A stretch of DNA of 54,226 bases. It comes from Minisyncoccota bacterium (GTDB lineage Bacteria; Patescibacteriota; Minisyncoccia; Minisyncoccales; Minisyncoccaceae). The notes under the pieces were generated by a model. That model did not search any database, was not told the origin of the DNA, and saw only the letters and a program-made list of their open reading frames with translations. Each line of letters starts with the position of its first letter. The stretch's first letter is position 1. Shown in pieces: positions 1 to 8,164 of this stretch. The stretch is taken from positions 1 through 54,226 of the forward strand of contig JAQUWR010000002.1 of the NCBI GenBank assembly GCA_028692745.1, given 5' to 3'. The position numbers and the translations under genes were made by a program.

Positions 1-399
1 GCCAATATCTATTTAAATGAATTAGATCAATTTGTTAAACATGATCTACGGCAGAAAAAATTCATCCGTTATATGGATGATTTTTTAATTTTAGGAAAAG
101 AAAAACAAATAATACATATTCTTAAAAATGAAATTAAGATATTTTTAGAAAAGAATCTTCAATTAAAATTTAATCCTAAAAAAGCCAATGTTTTTCCATT
201 GTCTTTGGGAATAGATTTTTTAGGATACATTGTGTTTAAACAATATGTTTTATTAAGAAAGAGTAGTGTTAAAAGATTGTTGAGGAAGATAAAAAGTAAA
301 ACCATGGGGGGAGGGAGAATCAATACCAATATGTGGTTTTCTTATGCCAAGCATGGTGATGCGTATTTTTTAGGGAAAAAACTTGACCTATTCCCCTAA
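1..399 (+). CDS. Reverse transcriptase, C-terminal part (5' end cut by window edge), DGR-type
   Basis: Frame 1 is open from nt 1: ANIYLNELDQFVKHDLRQKKFIRYMDDFLILG (YMDD box), GIDFLGYIV, LLRKSSVKR, SYAKHGDAYFL. The last blocks match my recollection of Bordetella phage bRT (GINFLGYRI..LLRKSSVKR..SGHAQWADT). No maturase or endonuclease tail. Confidence 0.7.
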   Translation, partial: ANIYLNELDQFVKHDLRQKKFIRYMDDFLILGKEKQIIHILKNEIKIFLEKNLQLKFNPKKANVFPLSLGIDFLGYIVFKQYVLLRKSSVKRLLRKIKSKTMGGGRINTNMWFSYAKHGDAYFLGKKLDLFP

Positions 400-432
400 A
401 TCATATATAATTAGGGGAATAGAATCCCCTAA
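388..432. terminator. Overlapping alternative hairpins at the RT stop codon
   Basis: ctattcccctaa (388-399) is the exact reverse complement of ttaggggaatag (411-422). ttagggga (411-418) also pairs with tcccctaa (425-432). Stop TAA is at 397-399, inside the first arm. Confidence 0.4.
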
Positions 433-443
433 ATATATAAAAT

Positions 444-1577
444 ATGGATAATTTAATACAAAGAACAATTCAAAAGCAAATAGAAGACAAGCTTTTTAAA
501 GGAAAAGTCATTATTTTGTATGGTGCAAGACAAACAGGAAAAACAACTATTGTTAAGCAAATACAAGAGAAAAATTCTGATATTGCTGTTTATTATAATT
601 TCGATGAGTCTGATATTCGTAAGGATTTTGAAAACGCTACATCTGATTATCTTAAAAAAATAATAGGCAATAAAAAGCTTGTTATTATTGATGAAGCACA
701 AAGAGTAAAGGACATAGGAATTACTTTAAAGCTTATTGTAGATAATTTTAAGGATATTCAGGTAGTCGCAACAGGTTCTTCTTCTTTTGATTTAGCAAAT
801 CAAACAGGGGAACCTTTGACTGGAAGAAAATATGAATTTTATGTTTATCCTTTTTCTTTAGAAGAATTAAATTTAGAAAAAGATAAATTAAAAATAGACA
901 GGCTTTTAGAAAACAGAATGATTTTTGGGATGTATCCCGAGGTAGCATTAAAATCAAAAGAAGAACAAGAAGAAACTATTAAAAATACAGCTAAGAGTTA
1001 TTTGTATAAGGACGTTCTTCAATATCAGAATATAAAGAATCCCGAAATTTTAGAAAAATTACTTCAAGTCTTAGCTCTTCAAATAGGAAATGAGGTTTCA
1101 TATAATGAAATTTCTAATACCTTAAACATAGATAAGAAAACGGTAAGTAGTTATGTGGAAATATTAAAAAAAGCTTTTATTATTTTTGATTTAAAGCCTT
1201 TTAGTAGGAATATAAGAAAAGAGATTAAAAAGCTAAGAAAAATATATTTCTTTGATTTGGGTATTAGAAATGCTTTAATTAATAATTTTAATCCACTAGA
1301 CTTGAGAAATGATAAGGGTGAAATGTGGGAAAATTTCATAATAAGCGAAAGAGTTAAGTTAAATAATAATCATAAGAAAGATTGCAATATTTATTTTTGG
1401 AGAACCAGTGAAAAAAAAGAAATTGATTATATTGAAGAAAAAGGAGGAAAACTTTATGCCTTTGAAATAAAATGGAGTAAGGGTAAAATTGGAGGAGCAA
1501 GAGAGTTTATAGAAGAATACGAAAGCTCAGAGTTTAAAGAAATTAATAAAGATAATTATCAAGAATTTATTTTATAA
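444..1577 (+). CDS. AAA+ ATPase, AAA_14/DUF4143 type (COG1373-like), with C-terminal D..ExK motif
   Basis: Walker A GARQTGKTT, Walker B LVIIDEAQ, C-terminal EIDYI...AFEIKW. Confidence 0.75.
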   Translation: MDNLIQRTIQKQIEDKLFKGKVIILYGARQTGKTTIVKQIQEKNSDIAVYYNFDESDIRKDFENATSDYLKKIIGNKKLVIIDEAQRVKDIGITLKLIVDNFKDIQVVATGSSSFDLANQTGEPLTGRKYEFYVYPFSLEELNLEKDKLKIDRLLENRMIFGMYPEVALKSKEEQEETIKNTAKSYLYKDVLQYQNIKNPEILEKLLQVLALQIGNEVSYNEISNTLNIDKKTVSSYVEILKKAFIIFDLKPFSRNIRKEIKKLRKIYFFDLGIRNALINNFNPLDLRNDKGEMWENFIISERVKLNNNHKKDCNIYFWRTSEKKEIDYIEEKGGKLYAFEIKWSKGKIGGAREFIEEYESSEFKEINKDNYQEFIL

Positions 1578-1582
1578 ATTAT

Positions 1583-2521
1583 ATGAAAACAAAAGAAATA
1601 TTTGATTTAGGTATAAAAATGGGAATTAATGCTGATTTTAGAGGACAAGAAGGTATTTCTAAAATGCTTTTAAGGAAGAAGATAAAATATGATTCTTTAA
1701 GCGAAAATGCTAAAAAAGAATTTGATTTAGAATCATTGGAAAATCCTTTTTTAGATTCAAGAATTCATAATATTAGTGAAGATGGGGAAATTAAGAAAAT
1801 TATTGCTGGAATCGATATTGATACAGGAGAGTTATTATTAGCTAAACAGATTGGAGTAGATTTGGTTATTGGTCACCATCCAATTGGAAGAGCATTGTCT
1901 AATCTAGCAGATGTGATGAATTTACAAAGCGATGTTTTAAATTATTATGGTGTACCTATAAACATTGCAGAAAAATTAATGCATGTAAGAATTAATGAGG
2001 TTGCGAGAGGGGTGAATGCTTCCAATCATAATAAAGTAATTGATGCTTCTAAATTATTAAATCTTAATCTTATTAACTTGCATACACCTTGCGATAATTT
2101 AGTAGCAAAATATTTAAAAGATTTAATAGAAAAAAGAACTCCAGAAAGAGTTGAAGATTTAATAAATTTATTAAAAGAAATTCCAGAATATAAAGAAGCT
2201 GGAAGAATTGGGGTTGGGCCAACTATTTTTACAGGAAACCCAGAGAGCAGATGTGGCAAAATTGTTTTAACAGAAATAACCGGGGGAACAAGCGGATCTT
2301 CTAAATTGTATGAAAAAATGGCTCAAGCAGGAATAGGAACTATTATTGGGATGCATATGTCAGAAGAGCACAAAAAAGAAGCAGAAGCTGCTAACCTTAA
2401 CGTTGTTATTGCAGGACATATTTCATCTGACTCTATTGGTATGAATTTATTTTTAGACGAATTAGAAAAACAAGGAATTGAAATTGTTTCTTTTAGTGGA
2501 TTAATTAGGATTAAAAGGTAA
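1583..2521 (+). CDS. NIF3/YbgI-family (DUF34) metal-binding protein
   Basis: The blocks ENPFLDSRI, DLVIGHHPIG and VIAGHISSDSIG resemble conserved NIF3 family motifs (HHP, GHxxxE/D). Confidence 0.6.
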   Translation: MKTKEIFDLGIKMGINADFRGQEGISKMLLRKKIKYDSLSENAKKEFDLESLENPFLDSRIHNISEDGEIKKIIAGIDIDTGELLLAKQIGVDLVIGHHPIGRALSNLADVMNLQSDVLNYYGVPINIAEKLMHVRINEVARGVNASNHNKVIDASKLLNLNLINLHTPCDNLVAKYLKDLIEKRTPERVEDLINLLKEIPEYKEAGRIGVGPTIFTGNPESRCGKIVLTEITGGTSGSSKLYEKMAQAGIGTIIGMHMSEEHKKEAEAANLNVVIAGHISSDSIGMNLFLDELEKQGIEIVSFSGLIRIKR

Positions 2522-2588
2522 ATATTTTTTAGTAATGTTCACTTGACTAAAAATATGAAAAGTAGTAAAGTGTAATTAACTAAAATAT

Positions 2589-3854
2589 ATGGACAAAACA
2601 GAACAATTAATTAAGGTTATTAATTTTTGGCAGGAATCTGCCTTAAGGAATAATCTTTTTAAAAGAAACTTAGTCGAAAAAATAAACCTTAAAGATAAGG
2701 AGGTTATTGATATATTGGGAGCGCGTAGAGTTGGAAAGTCATCAGTTTTAAAATTAATAATAAAAGAATTAAAAAATAATAATTGGCTTTATATAAACTT
2801 TGAAGATCCATTTTTTGTAAAGAATAGAAATTCATCAATAATAGAAGAATTAACAGAAACATATAAAAATCATTTCAATTCTTCTTTGCATTATTTATTT
2901 TTTGATGAAATACAAAATATTAAAAATTGGGAATCAGTGATTAGAAAATTTAGAGATGGAACAGATTATAAAATATTTATTACTGGTTCTTCCTCTAAGA
3001 TGTTAAGCGGGGAATTGGCAACACTTCTTTCTGGCAGGCATTTTTCTTATAAGCTTTTACCTTTTTCTTTTAAAGAGTATTTAGAGTTTAAAAATATTTT
3101 ATTTGAAAAGCAAAAAGACTTTGTTCTTAATAAAGAAAAAATTATTAAGTTTTTTAATAATTATCTTAATATTGGGGGTTTTCCAGAAATAGTAATAACA
3201 GAGAATAAAGAATTATTGAAGCAATATTTTAATGATGTTGTAGAAAAAGATATTATTGCTAGGCACAACATAAAAGATAGAGAAGTTTTAGAAAAGATGG
3301 CTTTTTTCCTTCTGAGTAATAGTGCAAAAATTATATCAATTGCTTCTTTGAAAAAAGCATATGATATTTCTTATCAAAAAACAGTTAATTATCTTAAGTA
3401 TTTTAAAGAAAGCTTTATTATTTTTGATATACCAAAATTTTCTTATTCTTTAAAAGAACAACAAAAGTCTCAAAAGAAAATATATTCTTTGGATACTGGA
3501 TTAAGCAATAATGTGGCATTTAAATTTTCTGAAGACAGGGGCAGGGTTTTGGAAAATTGTGTATTTTTAGAATTAAAAAGAAAAGAGAGCGATATTTATT
3601 ATTTTAAAAATAATGTTAGCGAAGTTGATTTTGTTGTTAAGAAAAGTAATGGATATGTAGACTTGATTCAGGTTGTTTGGGACTTAAATGAAGACAATAA
3701 AAATAGGGAGCTGAACGGTTTCAAGGAAGCATTAAAGAAAATAAAAAAGGTGGAAAATTTAATAATATTAACCAATGATCAAGACGGAGAATTGCAATTG
3801 GGCAAGAGAAAAATTCAATTTAAGCCTGTTTATAAGTGGTTATTAAGTTTTTAA
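2589..3854 (+). CDS. AAA+ ATPase, AAA_14/DUF4143 type, paralogue with degenerate C-terminal motif
   Basis: Walker A GARRVGKSS, Walker B YLFFDEIQ. Same architecture as 444..1577, but the C-terminus reads EVDFV...LIQVVW (ExK replaced by QxV). Confidence 0.75.
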   Translation: MDKTEQLIKVINFWQESALRNNLFKRNLVEKINLKDKEVIDILGARRVGKSSVLKLIIKELKNNNWLYINFEDPFFVKNRNSSIIEELTETYKNHFNSSLHYLFFDEIQNIKNWESVIRKFRDGTDYKIFITGSSSKMLSGELATLLSGRHFSYKLLPFSFKEYLEFKNILFEKQKDFVLNKEKIIKFFNNYLNIGGFPEIVITENKELLKQYFNDVVEKDIIARHNIKDREVLEKMAFFLLSNSAKIISIASLKKAYDISYQKTVNYLKYFKESFIIFDIPKFSYSLKEQQKSQKKIYSLDTGLSNNVAFKFSEDRGRVLENCVFLELKRKESDIYYFKNNVSEVDFVVKKSNGYVDLIQVVWDLNEDNKNRELNGFKEALKKIKKVENLIILTNDQDGELQLGKRKIQFKPVYKWLLSF

Positions 3855-5415
3855 TCATGTATCCTTCTTTTAATTTGTATCCTAGTTTTTTATAATATTT
3901 TCTTACTCCTACACCAGAAATAACAGAAATTTTATTTATATTATATTCTTCCTTTGTTATTTTTTCTGCTTCTTTGAGAAGTTTTTTACCTAATCCTTTA
4001 TGTTGGACAGAAGAATCTTTTAATAAAACAGCTTGACCATAAGTATGAAGTTCTCTAACAACAGTAGAGTTTTTTAACACAGGAATAACATTTTTAGAAT
4101 TTATTCTTAGTCTTAACAATGAATAAATATTTTTTCTTTCTTTATCTTCAAAAGAAAGAAATATTTCATTTCCTTTGGATGCTTTATAATTTTCTCTAAA
4201 AAGATAAAGTTTTTTATTTTGTTTTAAGTCTTTTATTTCCCTGCACCTAATACATTGACATTGCCAGTTTTCTTGAGCCATGTCTTTTTCTATGATTTGT
4301 CTCAAATTAGACATTTTTGCTCCTCCCTCAACAATTAAATTAGCAGGAATGTCTCTAATAATCCTTTCAATTCTTACATATCTAGGGATTATTTTTTTTA
4401 TTTCTTTTATTGTTTTTATTAATATTTTTTTTGAATAAGGTTTATATTTTTTTTGAAGATAGAGTTTGTATATTGGAGCTTCTTTAACTAAAGCACAAGG
4501 ATATATTTTAAGATAATCTGGTTTAAAATTTTCATTTTTAAACACTTCTTTAAACATTTTAATATCTTTTTGAGGGGTTGATCCAGGAAGATTTAACATT
4601 AACTGATAAGCTACTTTAAAACCAGCATTTTTTAATAATTCTGTTGAGTTAATAGTTTCTTTTATATAATGACCTCTTTTGTTTAATTTTAATATATCGT
4701 CATATATTGTTTGAACTCCTAATTCTATTTTTGTAGCTCCTAATTTTTTCATTTCTAAGATTTCCTTTATATCAATAAAATCAGGTCTTGTTTCAAAAGA
4801 CATACCTACTATGCGATGTTTAGATTTTTCATTTTTCTTTTGAGCTTTTTCTAGTTCTTGCCAAAGCTCTTTAATTGATAAGTCATCATCATTTTTATTT
4901 CTACTATTGTTGCAAGCATCAAAACACTTTTTAACAAACCATATTTTGTACTTAGTATCATAATATGACCAAGTCCCACCAATAAGTCTTAAATCTATTT
5001 TTTGAGAAGCATGACCTGACATTTCTAAAACTTCAATTCTTTTTTTAACCTGAATATATGGGTCAAAATTTAATCTTTTAGCTCTTTCTACGGCTGGCTC
5101 ACCCGATAAATAGCTTTTAGGAATATTTATTTCTTTTGGGCAAAAAATACATTTACCTGGGCACTCATAAGGTTTGGTTAAAACAGAAACATTTATTACC
5201 CCAGACAAAGATCTTACAGGTCTTGTTTTTAAAAGATTTTCTATATTTTTATTTTCTTTAATGCTTTTTTTCTTAACTAAGGTGTGATATGCTTTTAATA
5301 GGTCAATGTTAGTGGGATAAGAACCACCAACCATTCTTTTAGAAAAAGACAGGTCATTGGGTGTTTTGGCCTTTATTTCAATAAGTTTTTTAATTATTAA
5401 TTCTTTTTGGTTCAT
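3820..5415 (-). CDS. elp3: Elp3-type radical SAM/GNAT tRNA uridine(34) carboxymethyl-modifying enzyme
   Basis: Radical SAM cysteine motif CPGKCIFCP, long barrel region, C-terminal GNAT block HKGLGKKLLKEAE. The 531 aa length and domain order match Elp3. Confidence 0.8.
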   Translation of the reverse strand: MNQKELIIKKLIEIKAKTPNDLSFSKRMVGGSYPTNIDLLKAYHTLVKKKSIKENKNIENLLKTRPVRSLSGVINVSVLTKPYECPGKCIFCPKEINIPKSYLSGEPAVERAKRLNFDPYIQVKKRIEVLEMSGHASQKIDLRLIGGTWSYYDTKYKIWFVKKCFDACNNSRNKNDDDLSIKELWQELEKAQKKNEKSKHRIVGMSFETRPDFIDIKEILEMKKLGATKIELGVQTIYDDILKLNKRGHYIKETINSTELLKNAGFKVAYQLMLNLPGSTPQKDIKMFKEVFKNENFKPDYLKIYPCALVKEAPIYKLYLQKKYKPYSKKILIKTIKEIKKIIPRYVRIERIIRDIPANLIVEGGAKMSNLRQIIEKDMAQENWQCQCIRCREIKDLKQNKKLYLFRENYKASKGNEIFLSFEDKERKNIYSLLRLRINSKNVIPVLKNSTVVRELHTYGQAVLLKDSSVQHKGLGKKLLKEAEKITKEEYNINKISVISGVGVRKYYKKLGYKLKEGYMIKNLITTYKQA

Positions 5416-6081
5416 ATGGATAATGATTATGCTAAATATATATTAGACAAAACAAAGAAAGATTACAATAACATTGCTTTGAAGTATTCGCAAGTAAGAA
5501 GTAAAGAATGGAGAGAGATGGAATTTCTTTTTGATAGAGTTGATAAGAACGACAAGGTTCTTGATTTGGGCTGTGCTAATGGAAGATTTTATCCTTTATT
5601 TGAAAAAAAAGAAGCTGATTATTATGGAATTGATTTGTCTTCTAATTTAATTAAGATTGCTAAAGATAAATATCCTCAAGCAAGATTTTCTGTTGGAACA
5701 GGATTAGAAATTTTATTTGAAGATAATTTTTTTGACAAGATTTATTCTATCGCTGTTTTACATCATATTCCTTCGGAAAAATTAAGGAAAGATTTTTTAA
5801 AAGAAATAAATAGAGTTTTGAAAAATAAAGGATTATTAATCTTAACAGTTTGGAATTTAAAAGAAAAAGAAAGCAAGGGAATTAAAAATGAAAAACTTGA
5901 TCAAAACGATATTTTTCTTTCTTGGTATGGAGCAGATGATTGTTATTTTCACATATTTGATTTATATGAATTAGAAAATTTAGTTAAAGAAGTAGGATTG
6001 AAAATTATTGAAAAAGGAGAGATAATAGTAGGACAAAGGCCGTATATTAATTTTTATATAATTTGTGAAAAACATGAATAA
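5416..6081 (+). CDS. Class I SAM-dependent methyltransferase, Trm9/ALKBH8-like
   Basis: SAM motif VLDLGCANG. IALKYSQVRSKEW (cf. yeast Trm9 IAPHFSQTRYKPW), IYSIAVLHHIPS, LLILTVWNL, DIFLSW and YFHIFDLYELENL parallel Trm9 blocks as I recall them. The ORF track starts at TTG 5407; I prefer ATG 5416. Confidence 0.6.
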   Translation: MDNDYAKYILDKTKKDYNNIALKYSQVRSKEWREMEFLFDRVDKNDKVLDLGCANGRFYPLFEKKEADYYGIDLSSNLIKIAKDKYPQARFSVGTGLEILFEDNFFDKIYSIAVLHHIPSEKLRKDFLKEINRVLKNKGLLILTVWNLKEKESKGIKNEKLDQNDIFLSWYGADDCYFHIFDLYELENLVKEVGLKIIEKGEIIVGQRPYINFYIICEKHE

Positions 6082-6649
6082 AAAATATAATATAGTTGTT
6101 TCTGGGGCAGCAGTTTTAAAGCCGTGCTGTCCAAACATAAAAGAAATATCAAAAGAATTAGGCATAGAAGTAGCCAAAAGAGGGCATACCTTGGTTACTG
6201 GAGCTACTTGTGGGGTTCCATATTACGCTGCTTTGGGGTGTAATGAAGCAGGAGGGTTCAATATAGGTTTTTCTCCAGCATCTAGTGAAAAAGAGCATTT
6301 AAAGACATATAGGTTACCAATAGATGTTTTTGATATAATGATTTATACAGGGGGAGATTATACGGGTAGAGATGTTTTAATGACTAAATCAGCTGATGCT
6401 GTTATTATTGTTTGTGGGAGAATCGGAACTTTGCATGAGTTTGCTACAGCCATTGAATCAAAAAAACCAGTAGGCGTTTTAGAGGGAACAGGAGGAACTG
6501 CTGATAGAATAAGAGGGTTAGTAGCAGGAGTTTATAGTAGGCTTTCAAAAACAATAGTATTTGAAAGTGATCCAGATATTTTAGTTGATAGGTTGATTGA
6601 AATAGTTGATAAAAAGAAAAAAAGCAATTCACATATAATTAAGAAATAA
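6065..6649 (+). CDS. SLOG/LOG-like Rossmann-fold protein (TIGR00725-like)
   Basis: VVSGAA...LVTGATCGVPYYAALG...GFNIGFSP...IIVCGRIGTLHEF. Overlaps the upstream methyltransferase by 17 nt. Confidence 0.5.
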   Translation: MKNMNKKYNIVVSGAAVLKPCCPNIKEISKELGIEVAKRGHTLVTGATCGVPYYAALGCNEAGGFNIGFSPASSEKEHLKTYRLPIDVFDIMIYTGGDYTGRDVLMTKSADAVIIVCGRIGTLHEFATAIESKKPVGVLEGTGGTADRIRGLVAGVYSRLSKTIVFESDPDILVDRLIEIVDKKKKSNSHIIKK

Positions 6650-6650
6650 T

Positions 6651-6941
6651 ATGAAAAAAGTTATTGTTAAAAAGAAAATAGTTAAACCTAAAAAAGAAAA
6701 AAGAATTGGAAAAATTACTCATTATTTTGGAAAAATAAAAGTAGGAGTAATTAAATTGTCAGATGGATTGTCTGTTGGAGATGAAATTATAATTAAAACT
6801 AAAAAAGAAGAAAGGTTTAAACAAAAAGTTTCTTCAATAGAAATAGACGGAAAGAAGATTAAAAAAGCAAAAAAAGGACAATCTATTGGATTAAAATTAA
6901 AAGATAAAGCCAGAGAAGATTATTTAGTTTTTAAATCATGA
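6651..6941 (+). CDS. Small EF-Tu-domain-2-like beta-barrel protein (translation elongation factor-like)
   Basis: Lys-rich N-terminus, then IGKITHYFGKIKVGVIKL..GLSVGDEIII...KKGQSIGLKLKDKAREDYLV. Confidence 0.5.
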   Translation: MKKVIVKKKIVKPKKEKRIGKITHYFGKIKVGVIKLSDGLSVGDEIIIKTKKEERFKQKVSSIEIDGKKIKKAKKGQSIGLKLKDKAREDYLVFKS

Positions 6942-8164
6942 AATTTATAGCTGATTTTCATATTCATTCTAAATATTCTAGAGCTACTAGTAAAAATACA
7001 AACTTAGAAAATATTGCTTATTGGGCAAAAATTAAAGGCGTTGACGTTATAGGAACAGGAGATTTTACTCATTATTTGTGGATTAAAGAAATAAAAGAAA
7101 AATTAGAACCATGCGGAACTGGCCTTTTTTGTTTTAAAGGAGATCCGAGTCTAAAGTTTATTTTAACTTCTGAAATTAGTTGTATTTATACCAAAAACAA
7201 TAAAGTAAGAAAAATACATGTTGTTGTTTTTGCTCCTTCAATTGAAATAGTAGAGGAGATTAATAAAAGATTAGGTAATATTGGCAATATTCGTTCTGAC
7301 GGAAGACCAATATTAGGTATAGATGTTAAGGAATTATTAAAAATAATAATGGATGTTTCTAGTGATTGTTTTTTTGTTCCAGCTCATTGTTTGACCCCGT
7401 GGTTTTCTATTTTTGGTTCTAAGTCTGGTTTTGATTCTGTTGAAGAATGCTTTGAAGAGCAATCAAAACATATTTATGCCTTAGAGAGTGGATTGTCTGC
7501 TGATCCTTCTATGATATTAAAAATTCCTGACGGTAGAAGATTAACAATAATTTCTAATAGCGATGCTCATAGCGGAGAAAAGATTGGTAGAGAAGCAAAT
7601 GTTTTTGATACAGACTTAAATTACTCTTCAATAATTAATGCAATTAAGTCTAAAGATCCAAAGCAATTTCTTTATACAATAGAATTTTATCCAGAAGAAG
7701 GCAAATATCATTATGATGGTCATAGAGCTTGTGGAATAAGTCTTAATCCAGAAGAATCTAAAAAATATAATGAATTATGTCCTGTTTGTGGAAAACCCCT
7801 AACAATAGGAGTTTTAAATAGGGTTGAGAGATTAAATAATGGAATTAATTCAAAAGAAATAATTCCTTTTAAAAAAATAGTTCCATTAAAAGAGATTATT
7901 TCAGAATGTTTAGGAATTGGTGTAACGAGTAAGGCAGTTAAAAAAGAATACGACAAATTAATTAATTCCTTTAAGTCAGAATTTAATATTCTTTTAAATA
8001 TTTCTTTAGATGAGGTTGATGATAAAAATATTAAAGAAGCAATAAGAAGGGTAAGAAGTGGTGAGCTTAATATTGCCCCAGGTTATGATGGAGAATTTGG
8101 AAAGGTAAGTATTTTTTCTGAGAAACAAAATCCTAGAAAGATTTCTCAAAAACTATTATTTTAA
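6938..8164 (+). CDS. Endonuclease Q (PHP-domain, deaminated-base endonuclease family)
   Basis: N-terminal DFHIHSKYSRATS, HCLTPWFS, SNSDAHS, zinc ribbon CPVCGKPLTIGVLNRVE. ATGA overlap with the upstream ORF. Confidence 0.7.
   Translation: MKFIADFHIHSKYSRATSKNTNLENIAYWAKIKGVDVIGTGDFTHYLWIKEIKEKLEPCGTGLFCFKGDPSLKFILTSEISCIYTKNNKVRKIHVVVFAPSIEIVEEINKRLGNIGNIRSDGRPILGIDVKELLKIIMDVSSDCFFVPAHCLTPWFSIFGSKSGFDSVEECFEEQSKHIYALESGLSADPSMILKIPDGRRLTIISNSDAHSGEKIGREANVFDTDLNYSSIINAIKSKDPKQFLYTIEFYPEEGKYHYDGHRACGISLNPEESKKYNELCPVCGKPLTIGVLNRVERLNNGINSKEIIPFKKIVPLKEIISECLGIGVTSKAVKKEYDKLINSFKSEFNILLNISLDEVDDKNIKEAIRRVRSGELNIAPGYDGEFGKVSIFSEKQNPRKISQKLLF

Noticed and set aside
303-318. The G-run (atggggggagggag) as a G-quadruplex.
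   Set aside because: It has only two usable G tracts and simply encodes the MGGG segment of the RT C-terminus.
453-701. Antisense or alternate-frame ORFs in the track. Examples: 453..701-, 748..957-, 1151..1339-, 2026..2259-, 8619..8903+, 10105..10389-, 12770..13087-, 15203..15409+, 15372..15704+, 21765..21989-, 35518..35769-, 45346..45678-, 46537..46854-, 47031..47297+, 50188..50499-, 53143..53439-.
   Set aside because: Each lies entirely inside, and opposite to or out of frame with, a well-supported conserved CDS. Their products are low-complexity F/L/I/S-rich strings, as expected from the reverse complement of AAR/GAR-rich coding sequence in AT-rich DNA.
2522-2588. The inverted repeat tttttagt..actaaaaa downstream of nif3 as a terminator.
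   Set aside because: The arms are only 7-8 bp, AT-only, with a 12-nt loop. That is indistinguishable from background in this composition.
444-3854. A DGR variable region (VR) or template repeat inside the window, for example at the 3' ends of the ATPase genes or the 540-aa surface protein.
   Set aside because: I saw no pair of near-identical 90-150 bp segments by eye, and no C-type-lectin or FGE-like C-terminus. The TR is most likely upstream of nt 1. This cannot be excluded without a computed self-dot-plot.
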